A DNA stretch of 64,000 nt from Candidatus Kapaibacterium sp. (GTDB lineage: Bacteria > Bacteroidota > Ignavibacteria > Kapaibacteriales > UBA2268), in contig OY761611.1 in assembly GCA_963664875.1 (NCBI GenBank), forward strand, positions 2,048,001 to 2,112,000, in the 5' to 3' direction. The notes under the pieces are model-generated. The model had not been told where the DNA came from, made no database searches, and saw only the letters and a list, made by a program, of their open reading frames with translations. How positions within the stretch are numbered: position 1 is the first letter of the stretch; each line of letters starts with the position of its first letter. Below are positions 30,469-40,874 of the stretch, piece after piece. The translations under genes and the position numbers were made by a program.

Positions 30469-31660
30469 CAGGGATGATTTGTTCTTTGTAAATATCATAT
30501 AATATAGTAAATTATAGAAAGCCAAACACAAACTTTTCTAATCTGGGGGGATTTATGGAAAAGCAAACGTTAGTAAATTATCTTGATAAGTTGACAGATA
30601 AGCGTCGCAGGGAAGGCACACGCCATAATCAATCATTTGTATTATTGCTGGTTTTGATGGCGACTATGAGCGGACAATATGGCTATCGTGGCATAGAAAG
30701 ATTTATAAAGAAGAATGCCGAAGACATACTGAAATATTTAAAGCCTCATAAAGATAGATTACCAACTTACGCAACAATTTTTAGAGTGGTAAATAATATA
30801 GATTTTGATGAATTTGCACAGATTTTTAAAGAGTGGTCAAAAGTTTATGCAAAGCCTCAAAGCGGTGAAATAATCAGTATAGATGGCAAAGCTTTGAAAG
30901 GCACATTAGTAGAATACAATTCGAAATACCAGAACTTTATAAGCATTGTTTCTGCACATTCTCAATCAAGTAAAATGTCACTAAGTATAAGCAAATATGA
31001 GAATAAAAAATCAAGCGAGATAAGCGTAGTTGAAGAAATGATTAGAGATTTAGAACTGACTGGCGTAGTCTTTACAATGGATGCTTTACACTGTCAAAAA
31101 AACTCTAAGAACAATTGTTAGTACTAACAACAACTATATTATTTGCGTAAAAAAGAATCAAGGTCGTTTGTACAAAGAACTGGAGAGTTTGAGTTCGAGC
31201 TGGTCAACAAAGATCGATTATTATAAAACCGAAGAAACTAATAGAGACAGACGAGAAACTCGTAAAGTATATGTATATTCATTAAACGATAAAATTAAGA
31301 ACGAGTGGTCCGGATCACAGCAATTAGTAAAGGTACAAAGGATTAGAAAAACAAAACAAATGCAGGAAGTTCATGTACATTATTATTTGAGCAGTCAAGA
31401 AAAACCAGCAAAGTATTATATGCAGAGCATACGAGGACATTGGGGCATTGAAAACCAGCTACATTGGGTAAAGGATGTGGTAATGAAAGAAGATGCTTGG
31501 AAAGTGAGAAATACACAAGCAGCTTCAGTCATGAGTATAATAAAGTCAATTTGTATCAATATTTTTAGGTCAAAGAAGCGTATTGATTGTACCAACTTTT
31601 TCTATGAGACTGCCGACAATGTAGAACTATTGGTGACTTTGTTAGAATGAATCAACCCTG
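30469..31660 (+). mobile_element. ISAs1-family insertion sequence, copy 1 (1192 bp)
   Basis: TIRs CAGGGATGATT / AATCAACCCTG; flanks CCTCAAGAGG and CCTCTTGAGG. Confidence 0.93.
30555..31650 (+). CDS. ISAs1 transposase split at an A7 run (ORFs 30555-31121 and 31081-31650)
   Basis: IDGKAL, SEI, TMDALHCQK, VKKNQ, RGHWGIENQLHWVKDV..KED. Confidence 0.9.
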
Positions 31661-31842
31661 CCTCTTGAGGGGTGCGTGAGCGAAGCGAGGGCGGGGTGGA
31701 TAAAACCTAATATAAATCACTTCCCCCGAAAAAAATATCGCTAAATTTATCTATGTAAATTACATTTTCCTATATTGAAACAGTTGTGCTTCGAGAGATT
31801 CCACCCCGGCACTACGTGCCACCCCTCAACGAGGGGAATTTT

Positions 31843-31937
31843 CTTTTATGCGTGGCAGACTATAGTTTTCTCTATATTTATAATCTGCAAAAGTTAGACG
31901 CACATTGCCAAGGTGGTCAGTAAGCTCGTATTGCTTC
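31843..31937 (-). repeat. Truncated tip-less Rhs-core repeat
   Basis: KQYELTDHLGNVRLTFADYKYRENYSLPRIK then directly the 184-bp element. Confidence 0.88.
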
Positions 31938-32166
31938 AACTATATGTGCAGAGCTTTTTTACCCTGCACATATTTTCCATCGAAATTTGGAAATAAATTT
32001 GCAAAGAGCTTTGAGGCTCAAATACAACATTCATAATTTTAAATCTTATTTGCCAATCTAAAGCACAATGACTATGTCTATGTCTATGTCCACTTCAAAT
32101 AAATAATACTATCAAATAGCATATACTTTTTTAGTATTTTTTTACATATTTCTAACTAACAGGACA

Positions 32167-32634
32167 TCACTTTATATGGAGTGAATCATCACCTATTGGT
32201 AGCTCTATAAATATATAGATACTATCTTGAACCGTTTCAAAGTAGAAATTACTGTTTTCAGGAAAAAACTGTTGTAATTTGATTTTGTCAGACTCTGGAC
32301 TTACATAGTTAAATGCCCCTCCGTAATTAAAGTGTAGCTCCTCAATAGATGAGTTAATACTGAAAGAAATATTCGTATCCAATAAACATCTTTCGTCAAG
32401 ATAACCTGGAATATCATCATTTAGATTTACTACACCTTTATTTACAATGATTTCCGCTATACTAAAATATTTTTTCTTCTTTTTTACAACAAAGAAGTAG
32501 TCGTAACTAATCACACCAGGATTTACTTTCTGAGACAATTTCAATTGAATACCTCGAAAAATATATCTTTTCTCGGAGTTCATACTCGAACATGCCAGTA
32601 ACATTGCAAATATAAAAAGATACAATCTATACAT
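32167..32634 (-). CDS. Putative immunity lipoprotein, cassette 6
   Basis: Lipobox LLAC; AAGGAG upstream; 18 nt after the toxin stop. Confidence 0.7.
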   Translation of the reverse strand: MYRLYLFIFAMLLACSSMNSEKRYIFRGIQLKLSQKVNPGVISYDYFFVVKKKKKYFSIAEIIVNKGVVNLNDDIPGYLDERCLLDTNISFSINSSIEELHFNYGGAFNYVSPESDKIKLQQFFPENSNFYFETVQDSIYIFIELPIGDDSLHIK

Positions 32635-32652
32635 TATAATCTCCTTAGTCTT

Positions 32653-33648
32653 CTAATATTCGTCAATTTCTCCGTTTTCAAAATTTGATGGTCGTGTACC
32701 TACTTCATCTAATGTTGATTGACCTTCAATAGTTTGTGCATTCCGATAATAATTATCAAAATCTTCCCCTTCATAATTATAAAATATTATTGGTTTTCCA
32801 ATTCTAATTTCCATAGGATATTTAGTATTAGACCAATGATCATCCCAAGTAGTGCGATTAAAAATAGTTTTATACTTACCAATTCCGATGTGTCCTAACG
32901 AAACTGCAATATCATTCAAATACCAATGTGTGTTTCCAGAAGTATTATCTGAAGTGATTCCAGCAATATTGCTATTCATATTAGAACGTGGATTACCCCA
33001 TGGATGAATCAAACCAAATGCATGTCCCATTTCATGCTGAATTATTGCAATAATTCCATCAACTCCAACTCCACTTACATCAGAAGGTTCTGAAACAAAA
33101 GTCTGATTGAAAGTATGAATACCTGCCATGGTTATAGGTAGTTCTTCTTCTTGATCATTGTCAGGATCTCTTACCACTGGAACTAGTTCAAAATTATCTC
33201 TACTCAAATAATTAAGTCGATTAGTAATTCCTTTAGGTTTTGTTGCTTGTTCTTCTTCAGAGACTTCCTCAATCATTACATCAAATTGTACATCATACTC
33301 TATTATTTCATCACCTGTATCAACAACATATTTAACACTTTGATCCCTAATATTCTCAGCAGCAGATTTTATATATCCCTTTTCAACATCTCCAAGATTT
33401 TTTGGGATAGTAAAAACAGCAGCCATAACTATAACTTTACTTTCATGATTTATATAAATCTCATAATCATCTCCACCTGGATCTTTATATATCACTGGAT
33501 TGTTTCCAAATGAATTATAAGGACTCTTAGTTGGATACTTTTTCTTTGCTGGATCCAAACTAAACCACCTCGCGATTCTTGCATCATAATTCCTGTTTGC
33601 AGTATTGTATGTATTCCCAACACCTGCAATCTCATCATCACGTTCCAT
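32653..33648 (-). CDS. Orphan Rhs C-terminal toxin, cassette 6, zincin metallopeptidase tip
   Basis: YDARIARWFSLDP, DPGGD, HEMGHAFGLIH (HExxHxxGxxH) followed by a Met-turn-like NM. Confidence 0.82.
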   Translation of the reverse strand: MERDDEIAGVGNTYNTANRNYDARIARWFSLDPAKKKYPTKSPYNSFGNNPVIYKDPGGDDYEIYINHESKVIVMAAVFTIPKNLGDVEKGYIKSAAENIRDQSVKYVVDTGDEIIEYDVQFDVMIEEVSEEEQATKPKGITNRLNYLSRDNFELVPVVRDPDNDQEEELPITMAGIHTFNQTFVSEPSDVSGVGVDGIIAIIQHEMGHAFGLIHPWGNPRSNMNSNIAGITSDNTSGNTHWYLNDIAVSLGHIGIGKYKTIFNRTTWDDHWSNTKYPMEIRIGKPIIFYNYEGEDFDNYYRNAQTIEGQSTLDEVGTRPSNFENGEIDEY

Positions 33649-33885
33649 GCCATTACACTTCGACTCGCTTTGCTCGCTCAGTGACCTTTGAAGCGTGCGA
33701 ATGTGCTGCCATCCTGATAGTAGTTTTCCGGCACTAACATACCAAAGGGATAGTAGTCACTTTTTGAAAGAACTTTTAAGCGTGGCAGACTATAGTTTTC
33801 TCTATATTTATAATCTGCAAAAGTTAGACGCACATTGCCAAGGTGGTCAGTTAATTCGTATTGTTTATGACCGATTTGGCGTAAT
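33615..33885 (-). repeat. Rhs-core repeat with 35-nt REP-like insertion introducing a stop
   Basis: CACTTCGACTCGCTTTGCTCGCTCAGTGACC near 33656-33686 replaces the GF codons, giving ARFKGH-stop. Confidence 0.9.
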
Positions 33886-33979
33886 GTATTATGTACTCTT
33901 TTCACCTTCGGCTAAGCTTTTTTGAAAATTATCTTTCAAAGAGCTATAGCTGCTTAATTTAATTATTTACTAAATCTAA

Positions 33980-34396
33980 TTACCAATGATACCCAGGGGC
34001 ATGCGCCTTTATCATACCATACTTTATAGTCATAATTTCGATCTTAGTAGATGAAACATATACTAAATATCCTACTCTTTGGTGATTTACATAAAAATAT
34101 CTTGTAATAGGATCATATGTTTTATAGAACTTCTTTAGATTCATACTATCTCCAGCTGCAAACTGAAATTCTCTGCTGAGCTTTTCTTCTAACTCTGGCG
34201 TATAAGTAAGTGTATCATTGATGTAGATCAAATCGAAATCTAGATCATTATGAGTTTCTTGTATAATCCATCGTCCGTTCAACAATGTGTCTATATTAAC
34301 ATCATGATAATTCATAACTCGGTAGAAACAAATTCCGAATAAAAGTAATATAACATAAACAACCATTTTAACTTTACTTACTACTGGCATCTTCAT
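33980..34396 (-). CDS. Putative immunity protein, cassette 5 (N-terminal membrane anchor)
   Basis: Overlaps the toxin 3' end; hydrophobic N-terminal helix. Confidence 0.65.
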   Translation of the reverse strand: MKMPVVSKVKMVVYVILLLFGICFYRVMNYHDVNIDTLLNGRWIIQETHNDLDFDLIYINDTLTYTPELEEKLSREFQFAAGDSMNLKKFYKTYDPITRYFYVNHQRVGYLVYVSSTKIEIMTIKYGMIKAHAPGYHW

Positions 34397-35501
34397 TCTT
34401 TTTTTCTCCAGCTTGAAATTGAGGATTTTTTGCTTCACCATTTTTTGTAACCATCATCGGATATGGTACATAATTACCTAAGTAAGAGCTAACTTTTTCT
34501 AAAAATGAGCTATAAGAGCCTGTTTCAGGTCTAGATACCATATAAGTTGGAATATGAATACTAAACCCAGGCAACCCTAAACTCCACCACATAAAAGCAG
34601 GATCTTTGTCATAAAAATTGCTTAATGTAGAAGGATATGATGAAGCAGGCTGACCATATATCAATACATTATTAAAGTTTTCAAGCTTAGAAATTCTAGT
34701 TGTGAATCTCTCGTCAAAATCCATTTTTAAACAACTTGTATTGCAACCGTAAAACAATGCTCTATTATTTTCGGAATTCTTATCCCAGTTAAAATTGATA
34801 CTTCCCCATCCTTCCATGCTCATGTGCCAGTCATCAACTGGAAACTTAGAAGTCTCAAGAGCCCCCATTGGTCCATCTTTTTCTCCACTGTGAGACCAAA
34901 TCCCAAATTCTACTGTATTACCATACTTCTCTTTATAAAAATGCACGTTTATATTAACTTTGGGAATTAATTCTGCCAAATCTTCATACTCAATCAAAAC
35001 CACTTTATCTCTTTTGGGATCAAAATATTTGCTTTTTTCTATATCGCTTTTTCTAGTTATAGCAGCAGATTTGACCATTTCGTTCCCTCCTAAAGGTTCA
35101 TTCACAACATATGCCAAAATATATAAGCTATCACCATTTTTGTCTATACCATTTATAGGTGTATTGGCAGCAAATGCAAAAGGAGATAAGTTATGAAATT
35201 TATTCTTGAATCGATCCAATTTTGGAAACCTCGCTATCCGACTATCATACTGCCTTGCCCCGAAATTCAAGCTATTCCCAACACCTGCTATCTCATCGTC
35301 TCGTTCCATGCCATTGAATCCGAAACGAGCCAATGTGCTGCCATCCTGATAGTAGTTATCCGGCACTAACATCCCAAAGGGATAATAATCATTTCTTGAA
35401 AGAACTTTCAAACGTGGCAGACTATAGTTTTCTCTATATTTATAATCTGCAAAAGTTAAACGCACATTGCCAAGGTGGTCAGTTAGCTCGTATTGCTTCA
35501 A
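34374..35501 (-). CDS. Orphan Rhs C-terminal toxin, cassette 5, possible His-Cys peptidase-like tip
   Basis: Uninterrupted core repeat, FGARQYDSRI, DKNGD; tip with WSHSG..DGP and FYGCNT. Confidence 0.78.
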   Translation of the reverse strand: MKQYELTDHLGNVRLTFADYKYRENYSLPRLKVLSRNDYYPFGMLVPDNYYQDGSTLARFGFNGMERDDEIAGVGNSLNFGARQYDSRIARFPKLDRFKNKFHNLSPFAFAANTPINGIDKNGDSLYILAYVVNEPLGGNEMVKSAAITRKSDIEKSKYFDPKRDKVVLIEYEDLAELIPKVNINVHFYKEKYGNTVEFGIWSHSGEKDGPMGALETSKFPVDDWHMSMEGWGSINFNWDKNSENNRALFYGCNTSCLKMDFDERFTTRISKLENFNNVLIYGQPASSYPSTLSNFYDKDPAFMWWSLGLPGFSIHIPTYMVSRPETGSYSSFLEKVSSYLGNYVPYPMMVTKNGEAKNPQFQAGEKKNEDASSK

Positions 35502-35626
35502 CTATATGTGTAGAGCTATTTTTACCCTACACATATTTCATTCTGTTTTTGAAAATAAATTTTAAAAGAACTTGATTTGTTTATTAGATTGGTTATACTA
35601 AATATTATTAAATTATTCTAAACAAA

Positions 35627-36082
35627 TTAACTTTGAAAGTCATTACCAGTATACCTTTCACCTTTCAGATAAGTTCGTAATCTTTCTATTACATGAATAC
35701 TATCATATACTTCACAGCGTTCTAACCCCATACACTTTTCTCTTGTCGATTCACTAATATCCCCAGTATTAGCATTATATAATAAAAACCTACCTGGTGT
35801 TACTGTATCTTCAATAAATTGATCAGGAAGTATCTGTAATGATTCTCTAATTAATAATTTTCCTACTCTTGGCCATTCCCCTTTAGTAATTATATCTCTA
35901 TAAATAGCGATTATGAACAAAACTTCGCTTTTAGCAAGTACTGAAATGTTTTCAATTGGTGCTGTACTATGATATTCGAAAAATGCATAACATGCATTCC
36001 CAAGGAATTGTGTATAAAAAAAGTAATTATCTACCCTCAACTCATATATAGCACCAATTGTCTGTTTCTGCCTTTTCATCAA
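35627..36082 (-). CDS. Putative immunity protein, cassette 4 (Imm26-like)
   Basis: IGAIYELRV..YFFYTQFLG...GEWPRVG...GLERCEV pattern; AGGAG upstream. Confidence 0.7.
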   Translation of the reverse strand: MMKRQKQTIGAIYELRVDNYFFYTQFLGNACYAFFEYHSTAPIENISVLAKSEVLFIIAIYRDIITKGEWPRVGKLLIRESLQILPDQFIEDTVTPGRFLLYNANTGDISESTREKCMGLERCEVYDSIHVIERLRTYLKGERYTGNDFQS

Positions 36083-36088
36083 ATTCTC

Positions 36089-37234
36089 CTATTTTTTTGT
36101 TTTGGTAGTTTTATTATATGCATCAATATATGCATCTTTTTTAGGATTTTTTGGACTAATACCATTTATAGCATTCCCTGAAGTTCCACCTGTTGACTGT
36201 GCACCACCATGCTTGTCAATTAAAATTTGCTCACGACCTCGAGCTTCCATATATTTATCAAACGAAGCATCAAGCTGTGCTTTTCCCCAGCCATCTTCAG
36301 TACGTTTATGATGAGTAGCATCTCGTCTAGCAACATTCTCCAAAGGAGTGCCTGTACCAGATGTCCTCCCAGAATAAACTTGACCTGTTTTAGAATTTGT
36401 TTTAGTATAAGTTTGATATGTCTTTTTTTTGTTAGTTTTGCTCTTTTCAGTTTTATTACTTACTTTTTCAGAAGTAGTACTTTCAACATTAGATTTTTTA
36501 CCTTTTTGAGATTGTTTTGCAACATCCTTTGTTTTATCGACTATTGCATCCTTGGTAGTTTCTTTCGTTGTTTCTTTAGCAGTCGTAGTGGTGACTTTTT
36601 TGGAAGTGGCTTCAACTGTTTTTTCTCCTACTTCTTCCAGTACTTCTTTACCAGTTTTTTCTAATGCTTCTTTACCAACATGTTCCACAACTTCTACTAC
36701 AACATGTTCTGTTACTTCCGCAGTAGCTCTATAAGTCAAACCTAAACATGTCCCACCAGGTGTAGCTAAACCAGCTAAATCCCAACCCAATGCACCTACA
36801 GAAATAGGGTTAACTTTTCCTGTAGTAAAATAATCGTATCCAATTTCACCAATATCATATATAATAAAACCAATATCTAGAACAAAATCTACTACAATGT
36901 CACCATCCAGCTCCTTTTTGTTAATAGGATTAAGCATTACATAACTATAACCAGAGTATTCAGGATATATTACAGTAGCTCCGTCTATTGATAACCATCT
37001 TGCGAGCCTTGGATCGTAGTTCCTTTCGGGATAATTTAAATTATTCCCCACACCTGCGATTTCATCATCACGCTCCATACCATTGAATCCGAAGCGAGCT
37101 AATGTGCTGCCATCCTGATAGTAGTTATCCGGCACTAACATCCCAAAGGGGTAGTAATCACTTTTTGAAAGAACTTTTATACGTGGCAGACTATAGTTTT
37201 CTCTATATTTATAATCTGCAAAAGTTAAACGCAC
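36089..37234 (-). CDS. Orphan Rhs C-terminal toxin, cassette 4, GIY-YIG/URI-like nuclease tip
   Basis: Uninterrupted core, RNYDPRLARW; tip YQTYTK...VYSGRTSG...RR...H...RGREQ...GNAINGIS. Confidence 0.8.
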   Translation of the reverse strand: MRLTFADYKYRENYSLPRIKVLSKSDYYPFGMLVPDNYYQDGSTLARFGFNGMERDDEIAGVGNNLNYPERNYDPRLARWLSIDGATVIYPEYSGYSYVMLNPINKKELDGDIVVDFVLDIGFIIYDIGEIGYDYFTTGKVNPISVGALGWDLAGLATPGGTCLGLTYRATAEVTEHVVVEVVEHVGKEALEKTGKEVLEEVGEKTVEATSKKVTTTTAKETTKETTKDAIVDKTKDVAKQSQKGKKSNVESTTSEKVSNKTEKSKTNKKKTYQTYTKTNSKTGQVYSGRTSGTGTPLENVARRDATHHKRTEDGWGKAQLDASFDKYMEARGREQILIDKHGGAQSTGGTSGNAINGISPKNPKKDAYIDAYNKTTKTKK

Positions 37235-37320
37235 ATTGCCAAGGTGGTCAGTTAGCTCGTATTGTTTGTGACCGATTTGGCGAAAAACATCTCAAAACCT
37301 GCTCCATTCCCCTCTTGAGG

Positions 37321-38512
37321 CAGGGTTGATTCATTCTAACAAAGTCACCAATAGTTCTACATTGTCGGCAGTCTCATAGAAAAAGTTGGTACAATCAATA
37401 CGCTTCTTTGACCTAAAAATATTGATACAAATTGACTTTATTATACTCATGACTGAAGCTGCTTGTGTATTTCTCACTTTCCAAGCATCTTCTTTCATTA
37501 CCACATCCTTTACCCAATGTAGCTGGTTTTCAATGCCCCAATGTCCTCGTATGCTCTGCATATAATACTTTGCTGGTTTTTCTTGACTGCTCAAATAATA
37601 ATGTACATGAACTTCCTGCATTTGTTTTGTTTTTCTAATCCTTTGTACCTTTACTAATTGCTGTGATCCGGACCACTCGTTCTTAATTTTATCGTTTAAT
37701 GAATATACATATACTTTACGAGTTTCTCGTCTGTCTCTATTAGTTTCTTCGGTTTTATAATAATCGATCTTTGTTGACCAGCTCGAACTCAAACTCTCCA
37801 GTTCTTTGTACAAACGACCTTGATTCTTTTTTACGCAAATAATATAGTTGTTGTTAGTACTAACAATTGTTCTTAGAGTTTTTTTGACAGTGTAAAGCAT
37901 CCATTGTAAAGACTACGCCAGTCAGTTCTAAATCTCTAATCATTTCTTCAACTACGCTTATCTCGCTTGATTTTTTATTCTCATATTTGCTTATACTTAG
38001 TGACATTTTACTTGATTGAGAATGTGCAGAAACAATGCTTATAAAGTTCTGGTATTTCGAATTGTATTCTACTAATGTGCCTTTCAAAGCTTTGCCATCT
38101 ATACTGATTATTTCACCGCTTTGAGGCTTTGCATAAACTTTTGACCACTCTTTAAAAATCTGTGCAAATTCATCAAAATCTATATTATTTACCACTCTAA
38201 AAATTGTTGCGTAAGTTGGTAATCTATCTTTATGAGGCTTTAAATATTTCAGTATGTCTTCGGCATTCTTCTTTATAAATCTTTCTATGCCACGATAGCC
38301 ATATTGTCCGCTCATAGTCGCCATCAAAACCAGCAATAATACAAATGATTGATTATGGCGTGTGCCTTCCCTGCGACGCTTATCTGTCAACTTATCAAGA
38401 TAATTTACTAACGTTTGCTTTTCCATAAATCCCCCCAGATTAGAAAAGTTTGTGTTTGGCTTTCTATAATTTACTATATTATATGATATTTACAAAGAAC
38501 AAATCATCCCTG
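37321..38512 (-). mobile_element. ISAs1-family insertion sequence, copy 2 (1192 bp)
   Basis: Same TIRs; perfect 10-bp direct target duplication CCTCTTGAGG (37311-37320, 38513-38522). Confidence 0.93.
37331..38426 (-). CDS. ISAs1 transposase split at the same A7 run
   Basis: Both ORF translations are identical to copy 1. Confidence 0.9.
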
Positions 38513-38701
38513 CCTCTTGAGGGGTGCGTGAGCGAAGCGAGGGCGGGGTGGATAAAACCTAATATAAATCACTTCCCCCGAAAAAAATATCGCTAAATTT
38601 ATCTATATAAATTACATTTTCCTATATTGAAACAGTTGTGCTTCGAGAGATTCCACCCCGGCACTGCGTGCCACCCCTCAACGAGGGGAATTTTTCTTTT
38701 G

Positions 38702-38930
38702 CTGCCATCCTGATAATAGTTTTCCGGCACTAACATCCCAAAGGGACGCGTCCCAAGGGATAGTAATCATTTTTTGAAAGAACTTTTATACGCGGCAGAC
38801 TATAGTTTTCTCTATATTTATAATCTGCAAAAGTTAGTCGCACATTGCCAAGGTGGTCAGTTAGCTCGTAATGTTTGTGACCGATTTGGTGTAATGCTTG
38901 CCGCCTTGTGCCTTTTGCTTTGGCTACTTG
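38702..38930 (-). repeat. Tip-less Rhs-core repeat with 14-nt insertion
   Basis: QVAKAKG leader, core repeat, GGGACGCGTCCC, ends at QDGS then the 184-bp element. Confidence 0.9.
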
Positions 38931-38980
38931 GGAAATTTTTAAAGAGCTTAGAAACTTTGAATCTTCCTAAATACTTTAGC

Positions 38981-39844
38981 CTATTTCTTGTTTTTCTTTT
39001 TCATTTCTTTCTTTGTTTTTGTCCATAAGTCAGAGCGGTATTGGAGATATTCTGTTGCAGTCATATTTTTTTTCTTTATTAAAGTTTGCTTGAAGTCATC
39101 AAGCCTATTTTCTAAATATAGTTTAGTCCAAAAATGTTTTTGTTTTTCCCAATTTTCACCGGGTTTATCTGCAAAATCAAATAACTTAATCTCTATTATC
39201 TCATGATTATTTATTTCAATTGGTCTTGCTCCATCTATTTTCAATAGCTCTTTACGTGGAATTATAGGATATATCTCATTCCCAAAATACATTACCGGTG
39301 CTGCTCTTAAAACAGCCACAAAAACAGCTTCTTTAAATTTACTCCATTTTAGCGGATTTCGATCATCCATTTCTTCATAATCACTAATACCCAATCTTTC
39401 TTCTTCATTATAGTAATATGAGGTAATCAATGAAACGTTTTTGTTCAAAACATTTCTTAATATATTATGATTGTCAAACAACATCTCATAACTATCAAAA
39501 TATCGGAATGATATGGTTAAACCTATCCTTGTTGAAACCATATCATTTATCAGTCCTAGAGTAATTCCAAAAGAAATAAAAGGTTGTAACTCCTTTTTTC
39601 TATCCTTTTTACATCTCAATGTTATAGAAGTATATCCAGTATCCATTTCAGATTTTGTATAACTTTCTAATGCTTTGGTTTTATCATATTTCATATCTTT
39701 GGGTAAATAAAACTCATGATAACCAAAGGACATTTTTTCAGGTTCAAAACCTGTTAAATTCAATACAGCCTCAAATATTTTTGAGTATTCAGTATGAAAG
39801 TTTTCTACATCTAATCTCAAATAAATCGCACATACATTCATCAT
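38981..39844 (-). CDS. Putative immunity protein, cassette 3
   Basis: Starts right after the toxin stop (39846); soluble; no recognised motif. Confidence 0.65.
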   Translation of the reverse strand: MMNVCAIYLRLDVENFHTEYSKIFEAVLNLTGFEPEKMSFGYHEFYLPKDMKYDKTKALESYTKSEMDTGYTSITLRCKKDRKKELQPFISFGITLGLINDMVSTRIGLTISFRYFDSYEMLFDNHNILRNVLNKNVSLITSYYYNEEERLGISDYEEMDDRNPLKWSKFKEAVFVAVLRAAPVMYFGNEIYPIIPRKELLKIDGARPIEINNHEIIEIKLFDFADKPGENWEKQKHFWTKLYLENRLDDFKQTLIKKKNMTATEYLQYRSDLWTKTKKEMKKKNKK

Positions 39845-39845
39845 G

Positions 39846-40874
39846 TTAAACCTCATCTATACTAACTTGAACTTTGTTATCTAAAGACTTGCCATGAGCA
39901 TCTAATTTTTTTCTTAAATCATTTAATTGCTCAGAAGTGTACTTGCCTTTCGGAACATAGATTTGTAATATTCTCTCACTTGAGCTATTTAACCCTCGTA
40001 ACCCTGATAAAGCAGTCATTTTTTTCTTAAATTGAGAAGGACTAATCTTTGTTGCTGCAGTACTAGTTACATCTACTACATTATCTATTGCAACATAAAT
40101 ATTACCTTGAAATAAGCCATATGTAGGATTGTTTTCCCTTAATTCTACATTTGCATTTTTATATCCTTTATACTTAGTTGCTAAAGCATATTTTTCTAAT
40201 TTTTTTCTATTTTGAATTCCACCTGAAAAAGCTCCTCTAGCAAGTTCTAAATCCGGGTCGCCATATTTCTTGCTCAACTTATTAAAATTATCTTCACCAA
40301 TCAAACTAACAAGTTTTGCTCGGGCTTTTTTGTTTGAAAGTAACTCAATAAATTTATCTGCAGTGAGCTCAGATACAAAACCAAGCATTAATGCACCGCC
40401 GACATCACTTGTTGAATAGGATTCCCCGTCTATAGTTTTCTTCACAAAAGTAGATGCAACATCTGCGGCTGCCTCTGCAAAAGCTTTTGCGTATTTGCCA
40501 CCCGGCACTGAAACAGCACCCCAGCATGCTGCCTTACCTACGTCCCACCAATCAATAGACTCAAAAGCTGCTCCAAATGAATTCACATTATCATCAAATA
40601 GATAATTTAAACCCATCTGCATAATCATTTCAGTACCGGCAGCAACACCCATTTGTGCTATAGTCTTTGCAATTATAGCGGCGATAACTGCTACATTGCC
40701 ATCTGCATCTCTTAGGAATATAGGATTGCTAGATGCAAATAGATAAGGGGAGATACTAGGAAATGTTGCTGAATACGGATCAATATCCCATCTTCTTCCG
40801 ATTCTTGAATCATAACCATGGCTACCGAATAAGTAATGATTCCCAATCCCAGCTATTTCATCCTCTCGCTCCAT
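39846..40874 (-). CDS. Orphan Rhs C-terminal toxin, cassette 3, tip of unknown class
   Basis: YDSRIGRRWDIDP, DADGN, hydrophobic helical linker, basic C-terminal domain. Confidence 0.78.
   Translation of the reverse strand: MEREDEIAGIGNHYLFGSHGYDSRIGRRWDIDPYSATFPSISPYLFASSNPIFLRDADGNVAVIAAIIAKTIAQMGVAAGTEMIMQMGLNYLFDDNVNSFGAAFESIDWWDVGKAACWGAVSVPGGKYAKAFAEAAADVASTFVKKTIDGESYSTSDVGGALMLGFVSELTADKFIELLSNKKARAKLVSLIGEDNFNKLSKKYGDPDLELARGAFSGGIQNRKKLEKYALATKYKGYKNANVELRENNPTYGLFQGNIYVAIDNVVDVTSTAATKISPSQFKKKMTALSGLRGLNSSSERILQIYVPKGKYTSEQLNDLRKKLDAHGKSLDNKVQVSIDEV

Larger units (their letters stand above)
30454..31839 (-). mobile_element. 184-bp element interrupted by ISAs1 (IS in + orientation)
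   Basis: 1386 bp = 184 + 1192 (IS) + 10 (target duplication). Confidence 0.85.
37306..38691 (-). mobile_element. 184-bp element interrupted by ISAs1 (IS in - orientation)
   Basis: Same insertion point and same total length (1386 bp) as the 30454 copy. Confidence 0.85.

Noticed and set aside
32072-32090. CTATGT x3 microsatellite
   Set aside because: Short, intergenic, no evident consequence.
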